Assembly: GCA_016209735.1 (NCBI GenBank)
Contig: JACQVN010000014.1
Coordinates: 4,633-68,632, forward strand
DNA length: 64,000 nt
Reading direction: 5' to 3'
DNA from: Candidatus Methylomirabilota bacterium
Lineage (GTDB): Bacteria > Methylomirabilota > Methylomirabilia > Methylomirabilales > 2-02-FULL-66-22
Shown here piece by piece: positions 33,904-43,983 of the stretch. A model generated the notes under the pieces. That model had not been told where the DNA came from. It ran no database searches and worked only from the letters and a program-made list of their open reading frames with translations. Both the position numbers and the translations under genes were made by a program. Each line of letters starts with the position of its first letter. The first letter of the stretch is position 1.

Positions 33904-35007
33904 CCGTAACAGGGGACGCCCATGAAATTATGATATTCTCAGCTCGCGAAACGAGACGCCTGTCGTCACCCCGTAGCGCTCGCCGCGGCACACCGCCCGG
34001 CTGACCGCCGACTGCGTGATTCCCAGCGCGGCTGCCACAGCCGTCCCGGGCAGCCCCAATTCGCGCACGGCCCAGTAGCAGACAAGGCTCCGGGCCTGGG
34101 TGCGCCGGGGTTGCTTACTAGGGACTCGCAGTTCCTCGGGCGTGAGCGCGAAGCGCGCAGCCACGCGCCGGAGGAGCGACTCCAGATCCACCCCGCGTGC
34201 CCGAAGTTGGTCTCGCCGCTCTCGCTGTTCCTCTGCCGCCCGCAGGGCGCTCTCGACAAACTCGCCGTCTCCGAGGATTCGCTCGTCTCCTTTCACCCGC
34301 TCGGTCCGCCGCTGCGCTGTGAGAGCCCGCCAGCCGCCTGCACTCCGGACCAGGCCTCCCCCGGTCAACTCAGAACGGCGGCCGAGCGGGATCCCCTCCG
34401 CCACGAAGGCCCAATACCGCCTTCTGGCGGTCGCGACCCGGCGCCCGAACTGGGCCAGCACTGCGTCCGTGTCCTGCCACGGACTCTCCGCTTTCCCCAT
34501 CAGGCGACTGTGGCCACCATAGGCGTACCGATCCAGGGCCGGCAGGGCGTCCACCAGCTTGGCACGGAGCGGGTTCAGGTGGAGGTAGCGGACAAGTTCG
34601 AGAAAGTACGATTCCTCCTGGCATAGGATGGACTTGTACCGGTTCTGGAAGAGGTAGCCGTGTCGTCGGTGGCGCCGGTTGTAGCTCGCGGCATACCCGG
34701 TGAGGATGCGGCTCATGACAGTCGGCAGAGGGACCGTTCCTGTTCGGAGGAGGAGGTGCACATGGTTCGGTAGGAGGGACCACGCATAGCAGGAGGTTCT
34801 CGTGCTGGTCAGTATATTTCCGAGGCGGGCCACAAAGTCGTCCCTGTCCGCATCGTCGCGGAACACAGGCTGCCGCTCGATGCCGCGGCAAATGACGTGG
34901 TGGAGCGCCCCGGGCGCATCCAGGTGAGCTCGGCGAGGCATAGAAAGTTTATAGCACAACCCTCACGAAGAAGAAACTCATGATTTCATGGCCGTCCCCT
35001 ATTAACC
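33904..35007 (-). mobile_element. RAYT-type (IS200/IS605-like Y1) transposase unit with imperfect terminal inverted repeats
   Basis: Left end CCGTAACAGGGGACGCCCATGAAATTATGA (33904-33933, overlapping the CDS stop). The reverse complement of the right end (34978-35007) is GGTTAATAGGGGACGGCCATGAAATCATGA. About 24 of 30 positions match. Confidence 0.7.
33928..34941 (-). CDS. REP-associated tyrosine transposase (Y1 HUH) with C-terminal DnaA-C-like HTH
   Basis: Start at ATG 34941. HHVICRGIERQPVF, HUH motif LLPNHVHLLL, YLFQNRYKS, catalytic-Tyr context VRYLHLNPLRA, C-terminal LPGTAVAAALGITQSAVSRAV. Confidence 0.85.
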   Translation of the reverse strand: MPRRAHLDAPGALHHVICRGIERQPVFRDDADRDDFVARLGNILTSTRTSCYAWSLLPNHVHLLLRTGTVPLPTVMSRILTGYAASYNRRHRRHGYLFQNRYKSILCQEESYFLELVRYLHLNPLRAKLVDALPALDRYAYGGHSRLMGKAESPWQDTDAVLAQFGRRVATARRRYWAFVAEGIPLGRRSELTGGGLVRSAGGWRALTAQRRTERVKGDERILGDGEFVESALRAAEEQRERRDQLRARGVDLESLLRRVAARFALTPEELRVPSKQPRRTQARSLVCYWAVRELGLPGTAVAAALGITQSAVSRAVCRGERYGVTTGVSFRELRIS

Positions 35008-35126
35008 CGTGGGATTCGCGGTGGATCTTGCACACCGTTCTTGACCTTAGGCATTCGCGGCACTACACTTCAGCCGAATCGTTGCGTTTGAACCGCAAGG
35101 CGGCGCAGGGCCTGGGTATCGGGATC

Positions 35127-36257
35127 ATGACCAGTGAGCAGAACATCATCGATCGGTCCTACATGCGGCGGGCCCTGGAACTGGCGGTGAGCGCCCGGGG
35201 CCGGACGAGTCCGAATCCCATGGTGGGCGCCGTCCTGGTCAAGGACGGCAGGGTGGTGGGCGAAGGTTTCCACGCCTTTGCCGGATCCGATCACGCCGAG
35301 TGCGTGGCCGTCCGGGATGCGCAGGGGCAGGCCCGGGGCGCCACGCTCTACGTGAACCTGGAGCCCTGCTGCCACTACGGCAAGACGCCGCCCTGCGTCG
35401 AGCTGATCATCGGCGCGGGGGTCTCTCGGGTGGTGGCCGCCTGCCAGGATCCCAATCCAGCCGTAAACGGCAAGGGCATCGAGGCTCTGCAGGCGGCGGG
35501 TATCGGCGTGGAGGTCGGCTGCCTGGCGGACGAGGCGGCCCGGCTCAACGAGGCGTTTTTCACCCACATGCAGTTGGGACGCCCCTTCGTGCTCATGAAG
35601 GTCGCCTCCAGCCTGGACGGCAAGATCGCCACTCGGACCGGGGAGTCTCGCTGGATCACCGGGGAGAGCGCCCGCCAGCACGTCCACCGGCTGCGCAACA
35701 TGGTGGATGGGGTGCTGGTGGGCATCGGCACGATACTCCGCGACGACCCCATGCTCACCACGCGGCTCGGGATCGAGGACCAGCGGGACCCCGCGCGCAT
35801 CATCGTGGACAACCTGGCCCGGCTGCCGCTCCGGGCCAAGGTGATCAATCGGGCCTCCACGGCCCCGACGTACATTGCCGTGTCGGCCATGGCGCCCCCG
35901 GCCCGGCTCGAGGCCCTGGAGCGAGAGCAGGTGCAGATTATTCGCGTGGAGGACAGCCCGCGACGCGTCTCCCTCGCCCGCCTGCTCCAAACGCTGGCGA
36001 AGATGGGGCTCCTCTCGGTGATGATCGAAGGGGGCGCGGAGATTTACGCCTCGGCCCTGAAGGAGGGGGTCGTGGACAAGGTGCTCATGTTCCTGGCGCC
36101 CATACTCGTCGGCGGGAAGTCCTCGGCCTCGGCAGTGGCCGGCGAGGGGATCGACACGTTCTCCCAGGCCGTCCGGCTCGCCGACGTCCGCATTGAGCGC
36201 TTCGACAGCGACATCCTGGTGGAGGGATATATCCGTGGCCAGCAACAGGCCCCGTAA
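35127..36257 (+). CDS. ribD: bifunctional diaminohydroxyphosphoribosylaminopyrimidine deaminase / 5-amino-6-(5-phosphoribosylamino)uracil reductase
   Basis: Start at ATG 35127. NPMVGAVLV, HAECVA, LEPCCHYGKTPPC (CDA zinc motif), and the reductase half ..KVASSLDGKIAT. Confidence 0.93.
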   Translation: MTSEQNIIDRSYMRRALELAVSARGRTSPNPMVGAVLVKDGRVVGEGFHAFAGSDHAECVAVRDAQGQARGATLYVNLEPCCHYGKTPPCVELIIGAGVSRVVAACQDPNPAVNGKGIEALQAAGIGVEVGCLADEAARLNEAFFTHMQLGRPFVLMKVASSLDGKIATRTGESRWITGESARQHVHRLRNMVDGVLVGIGTILRDDPMLTTRLGIEDQRDPARIIVDNLARLPLRAKVINRASTAPTYIAVSAMAPPARLEALEREQVQIIRVEDSPRRVSLARLLQTLAKMGLLSVMIEGGAEIYASALKEGVVDKVLMFLAPILVGGKSSASAVAGEGIDTFSQAVRLADVRIERFDSDILVEGYIRGQQQAP

Positions 36258-36378
36258 ATGAAATGGCCAATGACCAATTCGCAAATCCCAATGGCGTCGG
36301 ACTCCTCTTGCGCGATGGTGTGCGCCGCCACTGGAAACGGGGTCCCGTTTGGCTATCGCGAATTGGGATCTGGCCAAT
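36256..36378. repeat. word-repeat hairpin (CCAAT/ATTGG words) in the ribD-ribE spacer
   Basis: AAATGAAATGGCCAATGACCAATTCGCAAATCCCAATGG ... about 55-nt loop ... ATCGCGAATTGGGATCTGGCCAAT. Begins inside the ribD stop codon. Confidence 0.75.
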
Positions 36379-36416
36379 AAGCCCGGGTGCGTAGCAGCCG
36401 GGCTGACGGGTGGGAC

Positions 36417-37067
36417 ATGTTCACCGGGATCATCGAAGGCATCGGCACGGTGACGGCCTACATGCGGCAGGGCGCGGAGGGCCGTGTGGAGATCGATGGT
36501 GGCCCTCTGGCGGCGGGCCTGCGCCTGGGGGACAGCATCGCCGTGGACGGCGCCTGCCTGACCGTGAGCGTCCTGGCCGGCGAGCGCTTCACCGCCGATC
36601 TCTCCGTCGAGACCCTCCAGCGCACGACTCTGGGGAGGCTGCGGGCCGGGTCCCGGGTGAATCTGGAGCGGCCACTCCGACTGGAGGACCGGCTGGGCGG
36701 CCACCTGGTCACCGGGCACATCGACGCCGTCGGACGGATCGCCGCTCGCACTCCCGAGGGGGCGGGGGAGCGCCTGCGCGTCCGGTATCCCCAGGCCCTG
36801 GCTCGGCTGCTGGCACCGAAAGGCTCCGTGGCCGTGGACGGGATCAGCCTCACAGTGGCGGCGCTCACCACGACGATGATGGACTTCGCCCTGATTCCTT
36901 ATACCATCCGGCAAACCACCCTGGCCGAGAAACGACCGGGCGCCCCCGTCAACCTGGAGGCGGATCTCGTCGGCAAGTACGTGGCCCGCCTGGCCGGAGG
37001 GTCGTCGCAGGCGGACCGCCCGGAAGGAGTGACCATGGCGAAGCTCCGGGAGTACGGATTCGCATGA
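36417..37067 (+). CDS. ribE: riboflavin synthase alpha chain
   Basis: Start at ATG 36417. [12 protein letters not shown]..., [13 protein letters not shown], and the second repeat [12 protein letters not shown]. Confidence 0.93.
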   Translation: MFTGIIEGIGTVTAYMRQGAEGRVEIDGGPLAAGLRLGDSIAVDGACLTVSVLAGERFTADLSVETLQRTTLGRLRAGSRVNLERPLRLEDRLGGHLVTGHIDAVGRIAARTPEGAGERLRVRYPQALARLLAPKGSVAVDGISLTVAALTTTMMDFALIPYTIRQTTLAEKRPGAPVNLEADLVGKYVARLAGGSSQADRPEGVTMAKLREYGFA

Positions 37068-38452
37068 CCGCTCGCACGAAGAGCGCAGCGCGAAGCGCCG
37101 CGGCCAGCGCCGGCTCGACCGGCTCCGGCCGGCACCCCGCCAACCCCGGGCAGGCCCGGCTCCGTCCGCCGCCGGGGAAAGGCTTCGCCCGGATCGAGGA
37201 CGCCATCCGGGCCATCCGGGCCGGCAAGCTGGTCATCGTGGTGGACGACGAGGACCGGGAGAACGAGGGTGACCTCACCATGGCCGCGGAGAAGGTGACC
37301 CCCGCTGCCATCAATTTCATGGCGACCCACGGACGCGGCCTGATTTGCCTCCCCATCGTCGGCGAACGGCTGGACCAATTGAAGATCCCGGCCATGGTGA
37401 GCGAGAACACCTCCCCCTTCGAGACCGCCTTCGCCGTCTCGGTGGAAGCCAAGCGGAACGTCAGCACGGGGATTTCCGCCTTTGACCGGGCGGCGACTGT
37501 CAAGACCATCCTCGACCCCAGGACCCGGCCCGACGACCTCAGCCGCCCGGGCCACATGTTCCCGCTGCGGGCTCGGGAGGGGGGGGTCCTGGCGCGGGCG
37601 GGACAGACCGAGGCGGCGGTGGACCTGGCGCGCCTGGCCGGCCTCTACCCGGCCGGGGTGATCTGCGAGATCATGAATCCCGACGGCTCCATGGCCCGCG
37701 TGCCGGAGCTGCTCCGCTTCGCCCGCAAACACGGGCTCCCGCTCATCACCATCAAGGACCTCATCGATTACCGGATGCGGCGGGAGAAGCTGGTGAGCCG
37801 CGTGGCCACCACCTCCCTGCCGACTCGGCACGGCAGCTTCCGCGCCCTGCTCTACCACAGCCAGGTGGATAACAAACACCACCTGGCGCTGGTGCGGGGC
37901 GAGGTGGCGACGGCGGAGCCGGTCCTGGTCCGCGTCCACTCCGAGTGCCTCACAGGCGACGCCCTGGGATCGCTGCGCTGCGACTGCGGAGCCCAGTTGG
38001 ACCGGGCCCTGGCCATGATCGCGGCGGAGGGGCGGGGCGTGCTCCTGTACATCCGGCAGGAGGGGCGGGGCATCGGCCTGGCCAACAAGATCCGGGCCTA
38101 CGAGCTGCAGGACCAGGGGTTCGACACCGTGGAGGCCAACGAGCGGCTCGGCTTCAAGCCCGACCTGCGCGATTATGGCGTGGGCGCCCAGATCTTGGTG
38201 GATCTGGGAATCGCCAACCTGCGCCTGATGACCAACAACCCCCGAAAGATCGTCGGGCTGGAGGGCTACGGCCTCCGGGTGGTGGAGCGGGTTCCCCTGG
38301 TCATCCAGGCCTCGGCCGCGAACCGGGAATACCTGGCCACCAAGCGGAAAAAGCTGGGCCACCTCATCCAGCCGCCGGATCCCCGGCCACGCGGGTCCCG
38401 GCGGGCAGCGCCGGCGCCGGTCCGAGCCGGGGCCGGCCGGGCCGAGGAATGA
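37064..38452 (+). CDS. ribBA: bifunctional 3,4-dihydroxy-2-butanone-4-phosphate synthase / GTP cyclohydrolase II
   Basis: ATGA overlap with rib[57 protein letters not shown]. Has an Ala/Ser/Arg-rich N-terminal leader of about 37 aa. Confidence 0.93.
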   Translation: MTARTKSAARSAAASAGSTGSGRHPANPGQARLRPPPGKGFARIEDAIRAIRAGKLVIVVDDEDRENEGDLTMAAEKVTPAAINFMATHGRGLICLPIVGERLDQLKIPAMVSENTSPFETAFAVSVEAKRNVSTGISAFDRAATVKTILDPRTRPDDLSRPGHMFPLRAREGGVLARAGQTEAAVDLARLAGLYPAGVICEIMNPDGSMARVPELLRFARKHGLPLITIKDLIDYRMRREKLVSRVATTSLPTRHGSFRALLYHSQVDNKHHLALVRGEVATAEPVLVRVHSECLTGDALGSLRCDCGAQLDRALAMIAAEGRGVLLYIRQEGRGIGLANKIRAYELQDQGFDTVEANERLGFKPDLRDYGVGAQILVDLGIANLRLMTNNPRKIVGLEGYGLRVVERVPLVIQASAANREYLATKRKKLGHLIQPPDPRPRGSRRAAPAPVRAGAGRAEE

Positions 38453-38487
38453 GAGGGGTCTCCCCGACGGGAGAAAGGAGCCACGCG

Positions 38488-38955
38488 ATGGCGCAGACCT
38501 GGGAAGGGAACCTGTTGGCGTCGGGCCTCCGCTTTGCCCTCGTGGTCAGCCGGTTCAACGACTTCATCACGGCTCGCCTCCTGGACGGGGCGCTGGATGC
38601 CTTACGGCGCCACGGCGCGGAGGAGGAGCGGCTGACCGTGGTCCGGGTCCCCGGATCTTACGAGATCCCCCTAACCGCCAAACGGCTTTCCGCGTCGGGT
38701 CGGTACGATGCGGTAATCTGCCTCGGCACGGTCATTCGCGGCGCCACCCCGCACTTCGACTACGTCGCCAGCGAGGTGGCCAAGGGGGTGGCCGCCGCGG
38801 CGCTGGAGACCGGTGTCCCCATCACCTTCGGGGTTCTTACCACCGAGACCCTGGAACAGGCAATCGAGCGAGCCGGCTCCAAGGCGGGGAACAAGGGCTT
38901 CGACGCCGCCTGCTCGGCCATCGAGATGGCAAATCTCTTCAAGCAGATGAAATAG
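38488..38955 (+). CDS. ribH: 6,7-dimethyl-8-ribityllumazine synthase
   Basis: Start at ATG 38488 (AAAGGAG upstream). [40 protein letters not shown]. Confidence 0.95.
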   Translation: MAQTWEGNLLASGLRFALVVSRFNDFITARLLDGALDALRRHGAEEERLTVVRVPGSYEIPLTAKRLSASGRYDAVICLGTVIRGATPHFDYVASEVAKGVAAAALETGVPITFGVLTTETLEQAIERAGSKAGNKGFDAACSAIEMANLFKQMK

Positions 38956-39058
38956 CAGGGATCAGGGATCGGGGGCCGAGAGCCGGGGGTTGGGGGTTGG
39001 AGCTGATCAGCCGCCCGCTCCCGTCCCCTAACCCCCGACCCCCGGCTCCTGATCCCTG
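38956..39058. repeat. word-repeat hairpin (GGGATCA / GGGGGTT words) in the ribH-nusB spacer
   Basis: CAGGGATCAGGGATCGGGGGCCGAGAGCCGGGGGTTGGGGGTTGG ..loop.. CCTAACCCCCGACCCCCGGCTCCTGATCCCTG. Starts 1 nt after the ribH stop. Confidence 0.85.
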
Positions 39059-39071
39059 CCGAAAGCTGATC

Positions 39072-39497
39072 ATGGGCAAACGACATCGGGCGCGCGAACT
39101 CGCCTTGATGATCCTCTACGAACTGGAGTTTCGACCGGGGGATGTCCGGGACCTCCTCGCCGATTTCTGGAAGGAGCGCCCGGCCCTGCCGGAGGTTCGG
39201 GAGTTCGCCGACAGTCTCGTCGGGGGAGTCACCGCGCACCTTTCCGCCATCGACGAGACCATCGCCAAGAACGCGGCCCACTGGAGCCTGGCGCGGATCG
39301 CCCCCGTGGAGCGCAACATCCTCCGCCTGGCCACCTACGAACTGCTCCAGCGCTACGACATTCCCGAGCGGGTGGTCATCAACGAAGCCATCGAGCTGGC
39401 CAAGATGTACGGCAGCGAGGAGTCGGGCGCCTTCGTGAACGGCATCCTCGATCACATCCGCATCCACCTTCACCTTCCACAGCGCTCCCACGCCTGA
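39072..39497 (+). CDS. nusB: transcription antitermination factor NusB
   Basis: Start at ATG 39072. RARELALMILYELEF..., W.L.R....ERNILRLATYEL, INEAIELAK.YG......FVNGILD. Confidence 0.93.
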   Translation: MGKRHRARELALMILYELEFRPGDVRDLLADFWKERPALPEVREFADSLVGGVTAHLSAIDETIAKNAAHWSLARIAPVERNILRLATYELLQRYDIPERVVINEAIELAKMYGSEESGAFVNGILDHIRIHLHLPQRSHA

Positions 39498-39498
39498 G

Positions 39499-40026
39499 AT
39501 GCAGCTCCAGAACACCACCGCCCCCCTGGAAGACATTCCGGCCGACGTGCTGATCCTCTTTCACCTGGCCGACGAGCCGGCGCCCCGCGGCCGCCTCGGG
39601 CACGTAGACTGGATCCTGCTGAGCGCGCTCTCGCGCCTCACGGTCCGCGGGAAGTTTGCCGCCGAGCGCGGCGTGTCGGTCCTGCTCTCCTCCGGCGGGA
39701 AGCTTCACGCCGACTGGGTCTTGGTGATGGGACTGGGGCGGCGGGCGGACCTCACCATGACCGCGCTCTACCGTCTGTCCTATCTGGCGGCGGAGACGAT
39801 CCTGAAGCTGCGGCGGACTCGGATCGTCCTGGAGCTTCCGCTGCGCGGCTTCCCGACGGAGCCGCCGGACCGGATCCGGCACGCCTTTCTGGAGGGGTTC
39901 CTGGCGGAACTCACGCGGGGACGGCCCGAGGCTTCCTTCACCGTGTCGCTACTGCCTCCGGAAGAGGGGAGAGGCTGGGCCGAGGCAGAGATGCCGAGGC
40001 CGGCCAGACCGGGTCGGCACCAGTGA
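39499..40026 (+). CDS. hypothetical protein (conserved-looking, follows nusB)
   Basis: Starts 1 nt after the nusB stop and has coding-like composition. I recognise no family signature with confidence. Confidence 0.5.
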   Translation: MQLQNTTAPLEDIPADVLILFHLADEPAPRGRLGHVDWILLSALSRLTVRGKFAAERGVSVLLSSGGKLHADWVLVMGLGRRADLTMTALYRLSYLAAETILKLRRTRIVLELPLRGFPTEPPDRIRHAFLEGFLAELTRGRPEASFTVSLLPPEEGRGWAEAEMPRPARPGRHQ

Positions 40027-40075
40027 ACCCACCCGTTTCAGTCTGGGCTGTGGTCGGCGGCCCCGGTCGCGCCGC

Positions 40076-40648
40076 TTATAGCCGGAAGGCCTTGAGGGCG
40101 GCCTCGATGCCGGCGAGGTGAGCTTCCAGCTCCCGGAGGCGTGCGGCAGCCTCCGCCGAGGTCGGTGCGGCCTGGACCGCCTGGAGGTGCGTGCGGGCCT
40201 GCCCGGTCTGTTCCCGGATCTCCAGGACCGCTCCGCGGAAGGTGCCCACGACCGCATCCAGATCCGCAGCAATCTCGTGCAGGTCGTCCCCTTCGCGGAT
40301 GCGGACGGCCTCGGGCAGCTCCCCCGCCGCCAGCCGCTTTCCGATTCGCTCCAACCGCACCAGCGGCCCGGCCACGGTGTGGGTCGCCAGGACGCTCAAG
40401 CCCGCCACCAGGAGCATGCTCAGAAAAATCGCCGGCCACAGCCGCCGGCCGACCAGGCCGAGGCAGCTCGAGGCCACCACGGCGTCGAAGTCCGCCGGAT
40501 TGTTGAGGACCAGGAGATTCAGCGGCAGGAACGCCAGGAAGAACATGGCAACGCTGCAGAGGATCAGGGGGATGAGCGACAGGGCCAGATACTTGCGCTG
40601 GATGGGATGAACGTAGAACCGCCGGCGCCACAGCGGAGGTCTGCTCAC
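40076..40648 (-). CDS. HAMP domain-containing membrane protein
   Basis: GTG start at 40648 (GGGAGGGAG upstream) is chosen because the track ORF otherwise overlaps fabF. Two TM helices, then THTVAGPLVRLERIGKRLAAGELPE..IREGDDLHEIAADLD (HAMP) and a C-terminal coiled coil. Confidence 0.6.
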   Translation of the reverse strand: MSRPPLWRRRFYVHPIQRKYLALSLIPLILCSVAMFFLAFLPLNLLVLNNPADFDAVVASSCLGLVGRRLWPAIFLSMLLVAGLSVLATHTVAGPLVRLERIGKRLAAGELPEAVRIREGDDLHEIAADLDAVVGTFRGAVLEIREQTGQARTHLQAVQAAPTSAEAAARLRELEAHLAGIEAALKAFRL

Positions 40649-40722
40649 GGCTCCCTCCCCACCCCTGGCCCGGCCTCCCGGCCCGACCGGGGGATTCTGA
40701 CTGTCCGACCGCCGGCGCGGCG

Positions 40723-41955
40723 CTAGGCCTCGTATCTTCGGAAGGCCAGGGTGGCGTTGGTGCCCCCGAACCCGAACGAGTTCGTCATCGCCACCCGCAC
40801 AGGTTTCGGGCGCGCCGCATTCGGCACGTAGTCCAGATCGCACTCCGGGTCGGGCGTCTCGTAGTTGATGGTGGGCGGCAGGAGGCCCCGACCAATGGTG
40901 AGGACCGTCACCACCGACTCGACCCCCCCGGCCGCCCCCAGGAGGTGACCCGTCATGGACTTGGTGGAGCTGACGGCCAGCTTTCGCGCATGCTCGCCGA
41001 ATACCTCTTTCAACGCCTGAGTCTCGTTGATGTCTCCCGCCGGCGTGGAGGTCCCGTGGGCGTTCACGTAGTCCACCTCGTGCGGGGACAGCCCGCCGTC
41101 CTTCAGGCAGAGTCGCATGGATCTGACGGCACCGTCGAGAGCCGGCAGCGTGATATGGTAGGCGTCCGCCGACATCCCGTAGCCCACTATTTCTGCATGG
41201 ATCCGGCCTCCCCGCGCCCGGGCATGCTCCAGGGCCTCCAGGACCATGATGCCCGACCCCTCGCCCATGACGAAGCCGTCCCGCCCCTTGTCGAAGGGGC
41301 GGCTAGCCCGGGTGGGCTCGTCGTTTCGGGTGGAGAGGGCCTTCATGGAGGCGAAGCCGCCGATGGTCAGGGGCGTGATGACGGCCTCGCTTCCCCCGGC
41401 GAACATGACGTCTGCCTCCCCCCGCTGGATGATGCGGAAGGCGTCTCCCAGGGCGTGATTCCCCGTGGCGCAGGCGGTGCACACGCAGGAGTTGGGGCCT
41501 TTGACCCCGAAACGCATGGAGATCTGTCCCGACCCCAGGTTGGTGATGATGGAGGGGATGAAAAAGGCGCTGATGCGCCCCGGGCCCCGCTCCAGGAGCA
41601 CACGGTGCGATTCCTCCAGGGCGGGGATGCCCCCCATGCCGGTCCCCACGAAGACGCCGATGCGCTCCCGGTTCTCCTCGGTGACCTTGAGGCCCGCGTC
41701 GTCATAGGCCATCTGCGCGGCCGCGATGGCGTACTGGATAAAGAGGTCCATCTTGCGGACCTCTTTCTTTTCGATCCATTGGAGCGGATCGAAGTTCTTG
41801 ACCTCCGCCGCGATCCTCGCATCGTGCCTGCTAGCGTCGAACCGGGTGATCGTGTCCACCCCAGACACCCCGTTGGTCAGGTTCTGCCAGAACGGCTCGA
41901 CCCCTATCCCATTGGGGGCCACCACCCCCAGTCCGGTGACAACCACGCGCCTCAT
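40723..41955 (-). CDS. fabF: beta-ketoacyl-ACP synthase II
   Basis: MRRVVVTGLGVVAPNG..., active-site CTACATG, NAHGTSTP, SFGFGGTNA. Confidence 0.97.
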   Translation of the reverse strand: MRRVVVTGLGVVAPNGIGVEPFWQNLTNGVSGVDTITRFDASRHDARIAAEVKNFDPLQWIEKKEVRKMDLFIQYAIAAAQMAYDDAGLKVTEENRERIGVFVGTGMGGIPALEESHRVLLERGPGRISAFFIPSIITNLGSGQISMRFGVKGPNSCVCTACATGNHALGDAFRIIQRGEADVMFAGGSEAVITPLTIGGFASMKALSTRNDEPTRASRPFDKGRDGFVMGEGSGIMVLEALEHARARGGRIHAEIVGYGMSADAYHITLPALDGAVRSMRLCLKDGGLSPHEVDYVNAHGTSTPAGDINETQALKEVFGEHARKLAVSSTKSMTGHLLGAAGGVESVVTVLTIGRGLLPPTINYETPDPECDLDYVPNAARPKPVRVAMTNSFGFGGTNATLAFRRYEA

Positions 41956-42041
41956 TATTGTTCCTCTGTCTTTCTCTGCCGCGGCTTTGCCGGCGAATCC
42001 GGCAGGCCGCGGAGCCGCCGGCCCGGCCGGGCCCTGGCGTC

Positions 42042-42278
42042 CTACTTTTTGTGCCCCTCGATGTAATCGATGGCATGTTTCACGGTGACGATCTTCTCGG
42101 CCTCCTCATCCGGTATCTCGATCCCGAACTCCTCCTCCAGCGCCATGACCAGCTCGACCGTATCCAGGGAGTCCGCACCCAGATCCTCGATGAACTTGGC
42201 TTCCGGGGTCACGGAGGACTCTTCCACGTCCAATTGCTCGACGACGATCTTCTTGACCTTCGCCTCGATCTCGCTCAC
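42042..42278 (-). CDS. acpP: acyl carrier protein
   Basis: GTG start at 42278 (AAGGAGG upstream). [20 protein letters not shown] phosphopantetheine attachment site. Confidence 0.95.
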   Translation of the reverse strand: MSEIEAKVKKIVVEQLDVEESSVTPEAKFIEDLGADSLDTVELVMALEEEFGIEIPDEEAEKIVTVKHAIDYIEGHKK

Positions 42279-42309
42279 GCTCGCCTCCTTTTCCGACCGG
42301 ATGATCGGA

Positions 42310-43056
42310 TCACGCAAACCATAAGCCGCCATTGACGTGAATGACCTGTCCGGTGATGTACGCCGCCGCCCCGGAAGCCAGGAAGGTCACGAGGGCGGCC
42401 ACCTCCTCCGGCCTGCCGAATCGGCCCAAGGGAATCTGCCCGCGGAAAGTCTCTTTCACGGTATCGGACAGGCCAGCCGTCATGTCGGTCTCGATGAACC
42501 CGGGGGCGATACAGTTGACGGTGATTCCGCGAGGGGCCACCTCTCGCGCCAGCGCCTTGGTGAGGCCGGTCAGTCCTGCTTTGGCCGCGACATAATTGGC
42601 CTGGCCCGCGTTTCCCATGCTCCCGACCACAGAGCCGATGTTGATGATGCGGCCCCCCTGCTTCTGCTTGAGCATGGGTTTGAGCGCGGCCCGGGCGCAA
42701 TGGAAAGCTCCGCTCAGGTTCACGGCCAAGACGGCGTCCCAGTCCTCGTCCTTCATCCGGAGGATCAGGCCATCCCGGGCAATCCCGGCGTTGTTGACCA
42801 GGATGTCCAGCCGGCCGAAGCGTTCCAGGCAGCGCTCGACCACCCTGCCCGCATCCTCCGACCGGCCGATGTCGGCCGCCACAGCCAGCGCTTGCCCGCC
42901 GCGCACCGTCACGCCCTTCGCCACCTGCTCGGCCGCCTCCAGGTTCCGCGCGCAGAGCGTCACGGCGGCCCCGGCGTTGGCCAGGGTCTGGACGATGGCT
43001 TGGCCGATTCCCCGAGAGCCGCCGGTCACCATGGCCACCTTCCCGGAAAGGCTCAT
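42310..43056 (-). CDS. fabG: 3-oxoacyl-ACP reductase
   Basis: Start at ATG 43056 (ATGA overlap with the fabD stop). [20 protein letters not shown] (YxxxK), [15 protein letters not shown]. Confidence 0.96.
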   Translation of the reverse strand: MSLSGKVAMVTGGSRGIGQAIVQTLANAGAAVTLCARNLEAAEQVAKGVTVRGGQALAVAADIGRSEDAGRVVERCLERFGRLDILVNNAGIARDGLILRMKDEDWDAVLAVNLSGAFHCARAALKPMLKQKQGGRIINIGSVVGSMGNAGQANYVAAKAGLTGLTKALAREVAPRGITVNCIAPGFIETDMTAGLSDTVKETFRGQIPLGRFGRPEEVAALVTFLASGAAAYITGQVIHVNGGLWFA

Positions 43057-43973
43057 CCCAGGGCCTCCAGGCTGGCCGCCAGGGAGGCGCGGTCCTCCAC
43101 GTTGAGGATCCGGACCCCGGGCGCGATCCGCTTGATGAGGCCCGAGAGGACCTTCCCCGGCCCGATTTCGACGAAGGTGGACGCCCCCTCCTTCACCAAC
43201 CGGCGCACGACCTCTTCCCAGCGCACGGGGGAGGTCACCTGCCGCACCAGCGTGTCCCGCAGCCGGCTCCCCTCCGTGATGGGTTCGGCATCCACGTTCG
43301 TCACCAGCGGCACGGCCAGATCGCGAAACGGGAGCGGCGTTAGCACGGCTTCCAGCCGACGGGCCGCCGGCGCCAGCAGGGCGGAATGGAACGGCGCACT
43401 GACCGGCAAGAGGACCGCTCGCTTGGCGCCCCTGGCCCTGCACAGCTCCGCCGTCCGCTTCACGGCCGCCGTGGTCCCCGCGATCACCGTCTGGTCGGGA
43501 GCGTTGAGATTGGCCACCTGCACCTGGCCGCTGTCCGCGGCCTCCAGACAGGCCTCGGCGATCTTGGTCCGGTCCAAGCCCATGACGGCCGCCATGGCCC
43601 CCTCGCCGGGCGGGACGGCCTCCTGCATGAACTGACCGCGGGCACGGACCGTCCGGACGGCGTCGGCAAAGGTCATGGCCCCGGCCGCGACCAGGGCCGA
43701 ATACTCGCCCAGGGAGTGCCCGGCCACGAAGCCGCACCGCACCCCGGCCGCCGTGAGGGCGTCCAAGGCGATGATGCTCACCGTGAGGATCGCGGGCTGC
43801 GTGTTGGCCGTGAGCAGAAGCTCCGCCTCGGGTCCCTCGAAGCAGAGGCGCCGAAGGTCGAAGCCCAGAGCCGCGCTGGCATCCGCCCAGCGGGGCGACT
43901 CTTCGCCCAGCTCCCGCCCCATGCCGACTGCCTGCGATCCCTGCCCCGGAAAAACGAATGCGATCGAACTCAT
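43053..43973 (-). CDS. fabD: malonyl CoA-ACP transacylase
   Basis: Start at ATG 43973. FVFPGQGSQ, active-site GHSLGEYSALV, PFHS. Confidence 0.95.
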   Translation of the reverse strand: MSSIAFVFPGQGSQAVGMGRELGEESPRWADASAALGFDLRRLCFEGPEAELLLTANTQPAILTVSIIALDALTAAGVRCGFVAGHSLGEYSALVAAGAMTFADAVRTVRARGQFMQEAVPPGEGAMAAVMGLDRTKIAEACLEAADSGQVQVANLNAPDQTVIAGTTAAVKRTAELCRARGAKRAVLLPVSAPFHSALLAPAARRLEAVLTPLPFRDLAVPLVTNVDAEPITEGSRLRDTLVRQVTSPVRWEEVVRRLVKEGASTFVEIGPGKVLSGLIKRIAPGVRILNVEDRASLAASLEALG

Positions 43974-43983
43974 GGCGCCTCGC

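Noticed and set aside
34960-35126. Possible FMN riboswitch upstream of ribD
   Set aside because: The leader contains the RAYT right inverted repeat, and I could not find the conserved FMN-element core (the AGGGTGAAATTCCC / CCGACAGT-type segments). A cmscan would settle it.
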